A stretch of DNA of 64,000 nt from Octopus sinensis. Its lineage: Eukaryota. Shown piece after piece: positions 28,002 through 40,500 of the stretch; the first letter of the stretch is position 1; each line of letters begins with the position of its first letter. The DNA lies in contig NC_043014.1 of NCBI RefSeq assembly GCF_006345805.1, forward strand, positions 21,390,001 to 21,454,000, written 5' to 3'. Under the pieces are notes generated by a model, which saw nothing but the letters and a program-made list of their open reading frames with translations, had not been told where the DNA came from and made no database searches. Both the position numbers and the translations under genes were made by a program.

Positions 28002-28724
28002 CATATACATACTTAATAATACATATACATATACATAATATATATATATTATATATATATAATATATATAGATATATATATATATATATATATATACATT
28101 TATATTATATATACGTATATACAACGAGCTTCTTTCAGTTTGTTGCGGTTGTTTTTTTTCTGTTGTAGCTGTGGTTGTTGTTGCTGTTACTATTACTGTT
28201 GCTGTTGCTGCTGCTGCTGCTGTTACTATTATTGTTGTTGTTGCTATTATAAATGTTGTAATTGTTACTGCTGTTGATTATGTTTACTGTTCGGTGTCGA
28301 CTTTGCTGCTGCTGCTGCTGTTCGTTGCAACTGCCGCCGTTGTCGTTAGTGTTTCCCGTTTCATGTCAATATATTATACTCCTTTGATTTAAGTGTTGTT
28401 TTCCTCTCTTTACACTGTTATTCATGTCAGATGTGATGAGATGAGGTTGGTGGAGGTAACGAAGCGGCGACGGGATTGGGGAATGGGGTCCTGGAGGGTG
28501 TATCTCGTGAAGGTGCGGGTGGTCTGGTAGAGTGAGATGTGGCAGGGTAGGGTGGTGTCTGATGAAGGTGCGGGTACTATGACGGAATGATGGGGGAGAG
28601 GGGCGGGTGTGGGAGTGATAGATCTTTGGAGACAGTTTGATAATTGCAAGGTAATTAATTTGTATTATTTTCTGTACACAAACATATCGTCAGCAACAAC
28701 AATAACGATAACAATAATGATGAC

Positions 28725-28756
<32 letters not shown>

Positions 28757-29627
28757 CGACGACGACGACGACGACGATGATGATAATGATGATGCTGATG
28801 ACGATGATGACGATGATGATGATGATGACGATGATGACGATGATGACGATGACGATGAGGACGAGGATGAGGATGATGATGATGTAACTAACGATAACAG
28901 GTGTGTCAATGTGTTGTGGTTTTATTATCGTTGTTGTTATGTTTGTTGTTGTTTGGTGGGTGCACAGCTGAGATTTATTTTAAAAGAATTACCAGAAACA
29001 TAACACCCTCCCCCAACACACACAACCGTTATACCAAATCATTAGTGTTCGTCGTAAAAAAAGAAAAGACGCTCATGATCATGATCATAGTGGTGGTGGT
29101 GGTGGTGGTGGTTGTGGTGGTGGTGGTGGTGGTGGTGGTGGTGTGGTGGTGGTGGTGGTGGTGGTGGTGGTGGTGGTGGTGGTGGTGGTAACGATTGTTT
29201 TTCTGCAACTGATACCTAAAAGGATGGCATGACCATCATAAAACTTTATTCACTACTACGAAATGTCATACATATGGGAAGTACGTGTGTGTGTGTGTGT
29301 GTCTGTGTATTTATACGTATTATACATATCTGTCTGTGTTTATACATATATATATATACATGCATGCGTACGTACGTGTGTTTGTGTGTGTGAGTGTGAA
29401 TGTGTGTACTTGTCCATATGTGTGTAGCCAGCCCCACATTAGCAATGTACAGAGACCCCTGCAGCCATTGTTGGGTTCTTCTGATCTACAATAAATCACC
29501 TCCTCATTTCACTTAAGTAGTTTAGCGATAACAGCAGCAGAACACACACATACACACGTATGGATGTGTGTGTGTGTGTGTGTCTCTGTGTGTGTGCGTG
29601 CGGGCGTGCGTGCGTGTGTGTGTGTAG

Positions 29628-29870
29628 AGGCGTGTGCCTTAGTGGCTAGAGCGATGCACTCATGATCGTAAGAGCATGATTTCCATTTCTGCATCGAGTG
29701 ATGCATTGTTTTCTTGAACAAAACACTTCATTTCATGTTGCTCCAATCTATCAGCAAAAATTTGTAATCCAGCGACGGATTAGAGTCCCCCATCGAATGG
29801 GGAAACATATATGCCACAGAATCCAGGAAAACATATCTGCGAGGCTATAGCTCGGGAAGGACCGTTGACC
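29628..29870 (+). mobile_element. Old decayed tRNA-SINE (CORE/Meta-like)
   Basis: gccttagtggctagag head, ttgttttcttgaacaaaacacttcatttcatgttgctcca core and catatatgccacagaa tail, similar to 3568 and 10266. Confidence 0.55.
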
Positions 29871-29918
29871 CCTTTATATAAATGGAGTTAAGCGCAGGTA
29901 TATTTTAAATTCTTTTAC

Positions 29919-30004
29919 TTCCGACATATATTTCGAAGATAACATTGGTATTATTCCAGAAGGAATAAAATGGTGTAAAACAATGCAATCTTCTCATCAG
30001 GGAA
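29919..30004 (-). ncRNA. Predicted type I hammerhead (family H1)
   Basis: TTCC-CTGATGA-GAAG[insert]CTTC-GAAAT-ATAT-GTC-GGAA. Confidence 0.75.
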
Positions 30005-30338
30005 ATAAAGAAACCAAACACATCAATATAACATTTTAACAGAATGTGATGACTGCATAAAATGATGAAGTTTTGTTTTTTTCTTAAAGCGTTAGTAGAT
30101 ATAACTTTAAGGTAGTTTATAGAAAGAGAAAGAGGAGAAGGAAAGAAATTAGCAGAAAACAAATAGTGGAGAGATATAGAGCGATAGGTGAATTAGAATA
30201 AAGCTTAAAAGCGTGGAAGTAGATATATTTAGTGGAAGTGAAATGTAAGAAGACAGTCACAGGTCAAATTATATAGAATGGTAGAACTCATTTATAGGAA
30301 CTAAAGGGATGTTTCTGCTAATGTGTTTGGTTTCTTTC

Positions 30339-30425
30339 TTTCCCTGATGAGAAGATTGCATTGTTTTACACCATTTTATTCCTTTTGGAATAATACTAAT
30401 GTTGTCTTCAAAATATATGTCGGAA
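30339..30425 (+). ncRNA. Hammerhead copy with G12A lesion (probably inactive)
   Basis: TTTCC-CTGATGA-GAAG[insert]CTTC-AAAAT-ATAT-GTC-GGAAA; GAAA has become AAAA. Confidence 0.6.
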
Positions 30426-30611
30426 ATAAAAGAATTTGAATAACACCTGCGTTAGACTACATTCATTTATTTATCTATGTTACACAAAACGTTTCACCTT
30501 AACCCGGAAGTTCTACCTTATAAATAAGTTGTTATTTGTGTGAATTTTTGCTAACCTGGTAACTATTTATTTTTTCCGTGTTATTTGTAAGCACTGAAAA
30601 AACACACATAC

Positions 30612-30646
<35 letters not shown>

Positions 30647-30650
<4 letters not shown>

Positions 30651-31446
30651 GTCTGATCAGTAAGTATCCAGACTGTTGCCATAGTAAAGAAGCTAAAGCA
30701 CGCAGAGTAAAGACGCTTGGCATAGATTGACCATAAGCTCTGCTGTGCATGTGCACTAAATTTTAACGTTCTAGCTCACTTGCGCTGTTTACAGCAGTGC
30801 TTGGAAGAAAAGTGTGTAGCGTGTGATCGTCGCATTGACCATGATAGAGAAAGTTGAGCAGAGAATCAGCATCAAATTTTGCCAAAAACTTGCCAATACC
30901 TGCTCAGAGGCCAACGCAAGGTTTTCAAAAACTTTTCATCATCTTCAACACAATCAAGGAGATCTTGTGGAACTGAAACCCAAGTGTCTTTTTGGTCAGC
31001 TGAAAGCAGTTTTGACACAAATTTTGCAGACATGTATCTCATACCCAAATCTTCAGTGATAATGGACTGAACTGAACTGTAACTAATCTGCACATTCTCT
31101 GATAACTCACGGATGGTGAATCGACGATTTCCCCTCACAGCTGCACGCACATCTGGGATGTTTTTCGCAGTTCTCCTGGTTGCGGTTCTCTCACTTTCTG
31201 CAACTTTGCGTAGGCTTCATTGGTATCACCATGACAACTTTCTCTGTCATGGTCAATGCGATGATCACACGCTACACACCTTCCTTCCAAGCACTGCTGT
31301 AAAACAATAGAAGTGAGCTACAGCGTTAAAGCTTAGTGCACATGCACAACAGAGTTCAAGGTCAATCTATGCCAAGCGGCTTCACTCTGCATGCGTTAAC
31401 TTCGTTACTATGGCAACAGTCCGGATACTTATTGATCAATTCTGTG
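30647..31446. mobile_element. Mariner-derived fold-back element with two 5' ends
   Basis: About 205-bp inverted arms beginning (ta)tgaggtctgatcagtaagtatccagactgttgccatagta, each running through the transposase ATG (atgatagagaaagttg / atgacagagaaagttg). The centre encodes RRFTIRELSENVQISYSSVQSIITEDLGMRYMSAKFVSKLL (HTH and WVPxxL region) on the minus strand. Confidence 0.88.
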
Positions 31447-31710
31447 TATGTATAACAAAACAGGAAATTGGAAATTTGTCGGTATTATTCATTCACCATT
31501 ACATATGTTTCATTTACTAATGGGAATCACAAGGTTTTACATTTAAGATAGACATGTAAGGAATTTCCTATTGGAAGTTCTTCAGACAGAGAAATAAAAT
31601 AATACAAATTTTACATATGGACGAAGTGTTTGTATTTAGACAGTGATCAGATGTGCTTCAAGTGGAAACAGCTGGGATTTACCCAAACTACCTATATCAT
31701 ATATTTTGTG

Positions 31711-31713
<3 letters not shown>

Positions 31714-31784
<71 letters not shown>
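31714..31784. repeat. (GATA)n microsatellite
   Basis: Direct run. Confidence 0.97.
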
Positions 31785-31785
<1 letters not shown>

Positions 31786-31874
31786 TGCGTAGCAGTACCA
31801 CCGTCTACAAATGAAGAATCAGTACTATATTGTCAGTCAATTTTGTGTCATATATATATGTTATATATGTCATC

Positions 31875-31924
<50 letters not shown>

Positions 31925-32035
31925 TATATTATATATATACAATATATATATATACATACATACATACATATACATAAATAATATATATGTATGTATGTAT
32001 GTATGTATATATGTATGTATGCCTATGTATAATAT

Positions 32036-32806
32036 CAGTGGCGACTTCGGACTCGGGCTGTTCGGGTTTAGCCCGAGTATAAATTTAGTAAAGTGAACGC
32101 GTATTTGCTGATTTAATTTCTGCCAACACTAACTTCAAGTATGTATTTGCAGTCAATAACTCGGACTCCTTTTATTGAGCCTGGTCGCAGTTTATTTATT
32201 TTTGTTCAGCGTCTGGCGGTCGTCTTAGAGGTGCCCTGTGTCAAAAAATATCATTCGTAACAGACGTTCTCTCGACATCGTTCACACGCACCTGACTCGG
32301 GCTCAGACGTTACAGCCCGAGATGTTATTTATAATCGTAAAAATTAAAAATAATTCAAATTCAGTGTTTTCTTGAAACAATAAATTTCTATAGGAATTAA
32401 GACTTAAATTCCAATCTATGAAAAGTTTCCATTCTACAATATTCTTAAAGGAACGAAAAATTATCCAGCAACTCGGGCTAATACGAACGAACCAGATAGG
32501 TGTAAAAAACTAACTGGCATCTCTTGTCAAGAGTACAGGCGACAGTCAAATCGCTAATGTTTGTTGTGCACTCCTCTGTCGTTATTTGAATGCTATTATT
32601 CTGTGCATCTGTGTGTAAAGATCAGTTGTGTTTTGCAGAGTTGCTTTATTTTTTAACCTTAACTTAGAAATGGAGAAAGACATATAGTACTAGATATACA
32701 AAAATAAGCCATTTGGGACAAGAAATATTGCGGGGAAACGTGAAATTCTTCGAGCTGGCGAAATGAACCCGAGTGACGCTGGTGTGCTGACCTGGAGTCG
32801 CCTCTG
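32036..32806. mobile_element. hAT-like MITE
   Basis: Terminal CAGTGGCGACT / AGTCGCCTCTG with one mismatch, and repeated subterminal CTCGGG/CCCGAG motifs. An 8-bp TSD is not resolvable in the AT flanks. Confidence 0.65.
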
Positions 32807-33796
32807 ATATATATATATATCTATATATATATATATATTATAATATATATATATTATATATAATATATATATATATACAGTCACATATATATATTTCGTT
32901 TTTATATATGGTTTGCAAGATTCTTTATGTGAATTCGTGTGATTAGACAAATTTTGTTGTCTGGGGAAGTCATGCTGCCTTAATATCTAACACACTCACC
33001 GGTTCCATTTCCATTCATTAATTATTTATATTTTTTTTTCTAAAATTTTCGTTGCTTTTGCAGACTTGTCAATGGCTGTTGACGCTGTCCGTTATCGGAA
33101 CTGCGTTCCTTTTGCCTGTTTGTGCGCGAGTGTGTGTGCCAGCGTGCTTGCGCCTGCACATATGTATGCATTTATGTATGTATGCATGTATGTATTTATG
33201 TATGCATGTATGTATGTATGTATGTATGTATGTATGTATGAGCGTGTGTGTGTATGTATGTATGTATGTATGTATGTATGTATGTATGTATGTATGTATG
33301 TATGTATGTATGCATGCATGTATGTATGCGTGTGTGTACGTATGTGTGTATGTATGTATTCTGCATATTCATGTGTTTGCGTGTGTGTGCGCATGGTTGT
33401 GTGTTTGTATGTGTGTATGTGTGTGCGTGTGTGTGTGTACCTCTGTATCTTTGTGTGTGCATGTTTGAGTTTGTCTATGTGTATGAGATTTTGTGACTAT
33501 ATACGTGTCTGTTATGTATGGATGTGTGTCTTCATACGTGTCCTCGTGTGTATGCGTGTGTGGAGTGTGTGTGTGTGTTTGTGTGTGTGAGTGTTTGTCC
33601 TTATTACCTGTGTACCTATCTATCTACTTACCTATGTATATATCTGTTTACATACATATCCATTTACCTCCCTATATATATATTATATATATATATAATT
33701 AATTAATAAGGGTGAGAGAATTAGATACTAATTTAATAGTATACCTATTCAACACCAAGTGGCCAGTGCAAAGAAACCTGGATTTTAATAACATTT

Positions 33797-34122
33797 TATA
33801 CATAAATATAAGAGAGTGGTCAAAATGTGGCTCACTCTTGCACTAGAAATAGATCCAATAGGTTTCAACCACAAAATAAATGTTTCCCATGAAAGTCAGT
33901 ACGATTGTTAGCTCAAACGAACAGGGCAAATAAAAATAACAAAAATACAGATTATTTTGCCAAAATAATCTGTATTTTTGTTATTTTATTTGCCCTGTTC
34001 GTTTGAGCTAACAATCGTACTGACTTTGATGGGAAACATTTATTTTGTGGTTGAAACCTATTGGATCTATTTCTAGTGCAAGAGTGAGCCACATTTTGGC
34101 CACTCTCTTATATTTATGTATA
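33797..34122. repeat. Near-perfect 326-bp palindrome with 1-nt loop
   Basis: Arms 33797-33959 and 33961-34122; two mismatches and one 1-nt indel by eye. Confidence 0.97.
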
Positions 34123-35039
34123 TATATATATATATTATTTTATTTATTAGGGAATAGTTCCCTTCATCACACCATATAAAAGAATTTTTATTTAATTTAA
34201 TACTTACTACTCATTTCTCAGCTACACGTGTTTCTTGAGGCTCTTTTACGGTTCCTTAAGCACGCAGTGTTTTGCAGGAACCTTTCTTAAAATCATTGGG
34301 ACTCTAAATAACTTTATCATAGTTCAATACCAAATACTATATTTTAATTTTAACATACTTATATGTTAAAATTAAAATATAGTTTTTATGTCTGAGTGTT
34401 GGGTCCTTCGGGCACTTGGATAAAATGCGGATGTCAAGTCAGCCCAGTATGCTTCCATGTTGGTCCTTGGCATGTTGAAGGAGTATGAAGGACCGTTTCT
34501 TGTCATCATATTGCTTCATGTATTTATTTATTCTCTCCGCGATACTTCTAGATGTCTCTGCAATGTATGACGTGTTTTACAAGCACCCTTTATGTACCTA
34601 ATGCTATAGACTACATTTCCTGTTCTACAAATTAATACCAGGATTAATCTTATAAACCACGCAGTTCTCATTAGTGCATGTGATATTTTCGAGGGGGTAC
34701 ATCCTACATAATTGCGATCTAATGCAGTTCCCTCGCTTCTCACCAATCTTAAACGTTGAGTTTGGTCTCCTTCAGAACCTTCCTAAATCTACAGGCTACA
34801 AACATCACCCCTTGATATTTATTAGCCTTGTACCATGTGTTTTTTTTTTTCTGTTTGCTTTGTTACAAACGTTCTGTATGTTCTCATAGCTTCGCAATTG
34901 TTGTAGATTTGTCAACCTCCCTGTAACGTAGCTGTTCGGCAAGTTTGCGGACATCACCTGGACAAAGGTAGTCTTCAGTAAAGCTATGGTATTGTGAGAA
35001 TGTCGGTTAGTCTCCTTTTCAATCCTGCTCCAAACATGG

Positions 35040-35900
35040 CAGTCCATGGGATTTAAATCTGATAAATTTGAAGGTCACAATTTTGGTGCTAAATGATTGT
35101 CTGAAATACATTCTTGAGTTATGTGAGCTTTGTGAGAATATAAGTGTTGTTGAAACACGTATGGCCTTCCATTGCATATTCCATCTATCCAGGGCTTAAC
35201 AACTGTCTCTAGCACCTCAACGTTTCTACCAGCATTAATTCTAAGACCCTGTGGTAAGATGTGACGTGGCATGGCATAACATTCAATTCTCACTACTCCT
35301 AAAGCCATCACAGTTGGTGGAAACATTGTCTAACAGGAGGAATGACGGATGGTTATGTGCAGATTCTTTGTTTCCTTCACAATTGCTGGAAACTTACTGT
35401 GTTTCGCTCTGGAGACATCAGAAGGATCTGCACATAACAATCTGTCATTTCTTCTGTTAGACTTTTAGTCTTGTCGAAGTTTTTCTCCACAAATAACCAA
35501 ACCATGTCATGTTCCTGACGGTTTTTAAACTTTCTAACAGCTTGGTACGGATCAAACGACTTTCCTCTCATTTGTACATATAGCTTGAATTTCCTCGTGC
35601 ACCACTGTTCTCATAGTCTAGTCCGACATCTGGCCCACGTTGATTTTCCTGGTTCATTATCGCTCATATTTTAAAACCATTCGATAATTACGGTGTCCTT
35701 ATAGTATTCGAACGTTTAGAGTATTTTTCTTTTCCTTCATACCGTTGAAACATTCCCGTCAGAGACTCCCACTTCTATCTGAACTTTGTGTACAAAAGCC
35801 CTTCCAAGTTTACAAAGTTGGTGATTTCTAAATCTCTATGTTCTGCGTAAATAGCAACCATGGCTGCATGTCTTTTCGTTTCTTGTTTCTGTTCCTGTTA
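35040..35900 (-). mobile_element. maT-type transposon remnant
   Basis: N-terminus QETKRHAAMVAIYAEHRDLEI near 35890; catalytic region TVMALGVV...PQGLRINA...VLETVVKPWIDGICNGRPYVFQQ at 35075-35326. Confidence 0.8.
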
Positions 35901-36208
35901 GCATTTTATCGTCATTAGATGTCTGAAAGGAATAAAAACCTCTTGATCGGTTGAAGAGAGTAATGTACTGATAATTAAGATTCCTGAATTACATTTCGTA
36001 CTCTGTGTGTGGGCGGAGTGAAAGCAATATGGAACACACAAGGTGTGCGTTTCGCTAGTTCGTAGGTAGCGCTTATAAGCGTAAGAGAATATATTTTCAC
36101 CAATGCACCTGGTGTTAAAACACTTGGAAGTCATAGACGAGCAAGATACTTGCATCTGGTCCCATTCAGGAGCGATAGATATCAATGTTTCGTCATTTGT
36201 GTGTGTGT

Positions 36209-36291
<83 letters not shown>

Positions 36292-36566
36292 GAAGTAAAA
36301 AAAAAAAAGGCTAAAGAAGGAGAAGAGTGTTCACAGTAGATGCAAAACTGCAGTTTTTACTAAGAGAAAAATGAAGAAATAAACTATAATAAAAAGGCAC
36401 GAATTGTAGGAGGAAATGAAGTCTCATTCATACACACATGCACACACACACTACCACACACACATACAGACTTATGCACAGTAACACGACCATCCCAATA
36501 TATATATATAAATGTATGTGTGTGTGCGCGCATTCGCGTTGTGTGTATATTTGTACATATATGCAC

Positions 36567-36612
<46 letters not shown>

Positions 36613-36939
36613 AATAGATGAGTGTATTTTACCTTGTTAACAATTAACACGGATAAATGAATGAATAGTTACCAGGGCAGCAAAATCTCACATATATATA
36701 TATATATACATACGTACATACATATATATATAACGGGAAGCTTTATGAAAATAGACAAAAGACGAAGGCAGGTTTACGGAAATAAACAAAAGACGAAGGC
36801 AGGTGGAATACAAACAAACAATTGTATTAGTATGGCGCTCAGGAAATATAAATAAAACAATATATATATATATATTATATATATATATAGGTTTCGGTGA
36901 TAAACTGTCGTCTAAATTCCGCAAATATGAAAATATTTT

Positions 36940-37736
36940 AACAGATATATTTTCCAAAATTGCATGAAAATATCTTGAAATACTTGAAAAGTAAATTTAT
37001 TCAATAAATTTGCCATTGGCTTCAACTACGGCCTCCATGCGACTTCGGAATCTGCCACAATTCTTCTGGGCGGCCTTCTTGTTTAAGTTGCTGAATGCTA
37101 CTATAACCCTTGCCTTCAATTCATCTTTGTTGTTACAAGGAATTTTGTTGGACTCTTGCTCAACTGCGCCCCACACATAATAATCAATGAAGTTGCAGTC
37201 TGCGGAGTTAGGTGACCAGATGTTAGGGGTGATGTGGTCGCAGAAATTGTCTGACAGCCATGACTGAGTTCTCCTGCTTGTGTGGCATGATGCAGAGTCC
37301 TGTTGCCAGATATAGGGTCTTCCAGCAGCCACCCTCTTGACCCAGGGCAGCACTACCTCCTCCAGGCACTTAATGTAGGTCTCCGTGTTGGGTCTGCGGA
37401 CGTGTGTGAAGATGAATGGAGGCATAACGTCGCCATTACTAGTGAACAATCCAAACAACATGATGTTGACTGGATGTTTGATTTTTATACGCTCGGTACA
37501 TGTCCTCAGATTGACACCTAAAAACTTTGAAATGTTCGTATTGGAACACCAAGCAGTACAGCATATCGTTTCCGAATTTCTAGCAGGGTGAATTGCGTCA
37601 TGGTGCTGTTCTTCTCACAGACGGTGTCCAACTGACCCTACTATACTGTTTAGTCGACAAAATCAAAAACAAACAATGCGCATGAGTGAAATTAAAGATA
37701 TAAAATGGCAACAATTTACCCATCGCAGTCTCTGTG
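36940..37736 (-). mobile_element. maT (DD37D) transposon, internally deleted
   Basis: ORF 36997..37461: YIWQQD-37 residues-DYYVWG (counted), C-terminus RFRSRMEAVVEANGKFIE; TIR-like gggtaaattgttgccatt at the right end. Confidence 0.88.
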
Positions 37737-37768
37737 TGTGTGCGTGCGTGCGTGCGTGCGTGCGTTCG

Positions 37769-37820
<52 letters not shown>

Positions 37821-38065
37821 TGTGTCCGTGTGTATGAGAAATCTTTGTATAATCATTAAATTCTGCGCATTAATAAAAGTTCCAATCTACATTTAATTGT
37901 CTTATTAATTTCTTAATTAAGTATTACTCACACACACACATACATACACAAATACACACAAATATACACACATGCACACATATGCACACACAAACACAAA
38001 CAAATATCTGTCTATTTCTCTGAAGAGAGAGACTGATATAGATAAACATATTATGTTTGCACGTG

Positions 38066-38106
<41 letters not shown>

Positions 38107-38323
38107 ATAATAAATCTCTGAACGAGATATAAACAGTAACTGCTCTATAACGTAAGGGGGATCAGCCATCTGAATGTGGCTAGGGACAGGGCGGGGTGGT
38201 AGGGGTGTTACTGATGCTTTTAGCCCCAGGCGATCATCGACGTCACCAGAAGGACCGACACCATCTCGGTGTCCTTGTTAGCCTGTAAAGGGAGATCATC
38301 CTCCCTCGAAGATACGAATACTA

Positions 38324-38366
38324 CATACGGACCGGTTTCGAGGTCATTGCCTCTTATCAACGTATG
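38324..38366 (-). ncRNA. Predicted minimal type I hammerhead, U3-A8 core
   Basis: CATACG-TTGATAA-GAGG-CAATGA-CCTC-GAAAC-CG-GTC-CGTATG. Confidence 0.8.
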
Positions 38367-38738
38367 GTAAGAACCGTTATGGCTGATCCCCCTTACGTTA
38401 TAGAGCAGTTACTGTTTATATCTCGTTCAGAGATTTATTATTGTTTTCGGACGGTTTTTCTACAAAGTCTAAAAGTTGGAAACCGGTACGAAGATGTCCT
38501 TCATGATAAAATTATTTTAGCATTTTCTACCTTGACTTATTTTCCTTATACAAATCAACTCGCATGTTACTTTTCTACCTTCTAGAAGGTAGAAAAGTAA
38601 CATGCGAGTTGATTTGTATAAGGAAAATAAGACAGGGTAGAAAATGCTAAAATAATTTTATCATGAAGGACATCTTCGTACCGGTTTCCCACTTTTAGAC
38701 TTTTTCAACTAAGGGTAAAATAAGAAAAAAACAATTAA

Positions 38739-38778
38739 ATTAGTTGAAAAAGTCTAAAAGACGGAAACTGGTATTAAT
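38739..38778 (+). ncRNA. Predicted minimal hammerhead, U3-A8 core (somewhat decayed)
   Basis: ATTAG-TTGAAAA-A-GTCT-AAA-AGAC-G-GAAAC-TG-GTA-TTAAT. Confidence 0.55.
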
Positions 38779-38843
38779 ATGTACTTCGTGATACAAATTA
38801 TTTTAGCATTTTCTACCCAGTCTTATTTTCCTTATATATATAT

Positions 38844-38898
<55 letters not shown>

Positions 38899-38901
38899 TA
38901 T

Positions 38902-38937
<36 letters not shown>

Positions 38938-38990
38938 CGTACATATATATATATACATAAATGTTTATATATATTCATATATATATATAT

Positions 38991-39205
38991 GGAGGCGCAA
39001 TGGCCTAGTGGTTAGGGCAGCGGACTCGCGGTCGCAGGATCGCGGTTTCGATTCTCAGACCGGGCGTTGTGTGTGTTTATTGAGCGAAAACACCTAAAAG
39101 CTCTACGAGGCTCCGGCAGGGGGTGGTGATCCCTGCTGTACTCTTTCACCACAATGGCGGTGCCCCAGCATGGCCACAGCTCAAGAGCTGAAACTGGAAA
39201 AAACA
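38991..39205 (+). mobile_element. Chimeric SINE: family C tRNA head plus family B tail
   Basis: A box tggcctagtgg and B box ggtttcgattc; body as at 10266; switches at about 39155 to ggcggtgccccagcatggccacagc...ctgaaac (family B 3' end). Confidence 0.85.
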
Positions 39206-39582
39206 AACAAAACAAAACAAACAAAACAACAAATATACATATATACATGTATATTATATATATAATATATGTTATATATTTTTATTTATATGCATATATA
39301 TATATAGGATATTTATACATATGATATATATGTGTGTGTGTAAGTAAGTATTATATGTATGTGTGTGTATGTGCATGTGTGTGCCTGTGTATGCATATAT
39401 AAAGTTTGAAGGATGGATTGATAGATAAACAAATCTGTAACTTTTGCATATTCAAACACACACATACATACGCACACACATACATCTGTGTGTGCATATC
39501 TTTGAGTCCATATATACATATATTTCTACACACATATATACCTACCTACATACATGCATACATACATACATACATACATACA

Positions 39583-39615
<33 letters not shown>

Positions 39616-39878
39616 GCATTCATATATACACGCATACATACATACACACACTACACATAGATACATGCATAGAACGACAAAAACAACATCTTGAGTAGCT
39701 AAACGAGAGATAACGTAAAAACCTGAAAGCAAACCTTCTAGAAAATTCTAATTGGTCCGGTGAGAGAGCCAGTTGTTGTCAACGTAAAGTTAGGAATCAA
39801 TTAGACCGGAGGCAGTGGTGGCTAACTTCAGCCCCAGAGACTTTCTACCGTAGACAATATGGCGGACACGATTTGAAT

Positions 39879-39899
39879 CGCGGCGGTGGCGGCGGCGAA

Positions 39900-39997
<98 letters not shown>

Positions 39998-40043
39998 AGG
40001 CGGCGGCGGCGGCGGAGGCGGCGGCGGCGGCGGGGCGCGCGGA

Positions 40044-40075
<32 letters not shown>

Positions 40076-40261
40076 AGGCGGCGGCGGCGGCGGAGGCGGA
40101 GGCGGCTCGGCGGAGGCGGAGGCGGCGGCGGCGGAGGCGGCGGCGGCGGCGGCGGCGGCGGAGGCGGCGGCGCGGAGGCGGCGGCGGAGCGGAGGCGGCG
40201 GAGGCGGCGGCGGAGGCGGGGCGGAGGCGGCGGCGGAGGCGGCGGGAGGCGGCGGCGGAGG

Positions 40262-40330
<69 letters not shown>

Positions 40331-40500
40331 AGGCGGCGGCGGAGGCGGCGGAGGCGGCGGCGGCGGCGGCGGAGGCGGCGGAGGCCGCGGCGCGGCGGCG
40401 GAGGCGGCGGCGGCGGCGGAGGCGGCGGCGGCGGTGGAGGCGGTGGAGGCGGTGAAGGCGGCGGCGGCGGTGGAGGCGGCGGTGGCGGTGGCGGTCGGTG
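39879..40500. repeat. ~620-bp (GGC)n/(GGA,GGC)n trinucleotide tract
   Basis: Direct sequence; explains the poly-G/A/R ORFs at 39873 and 39886. Confidence 0.97.

Larger units (their letters stand above)
29878..30605. mobile_element. Non-autonomous PLE-type element, family H1, with inverted pseudo-LTRs
   Basis: About 29890-30025 is inverted relative to about 30320-30450; both arms carry the hammerhead; the 3' end (ttaacccggaagttctacct...cctggtaact) matches 24125-24200. Confidence 0.75.
38101..38840. mobile_element. Composite of PLE pseudo-LTR fragments in multiple inversions
   Basis: Perfect 69-bp inverted pair 38101-38169 / 38379-38447; 240-bp loopless palindrome 38464-38703; 20-bp stem 38693-38759; diverged third arm copy 38750-38840; hammerheads inside; (TA)n flanks. 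Confidence 0.75.

Noticed and set aside
34015-34075. Hammerhead-like TTGATGG...GAAAC in the palindrome arm
   Set aside because: A9 is not conserved and no convincing stem III or NUH was found.
38991-39062. tRNA-like A/B boxes here and in other SINE heads
   Set aside because: They continue into SINE bodies and do not form a full cloverleaf; not tRNA genes.
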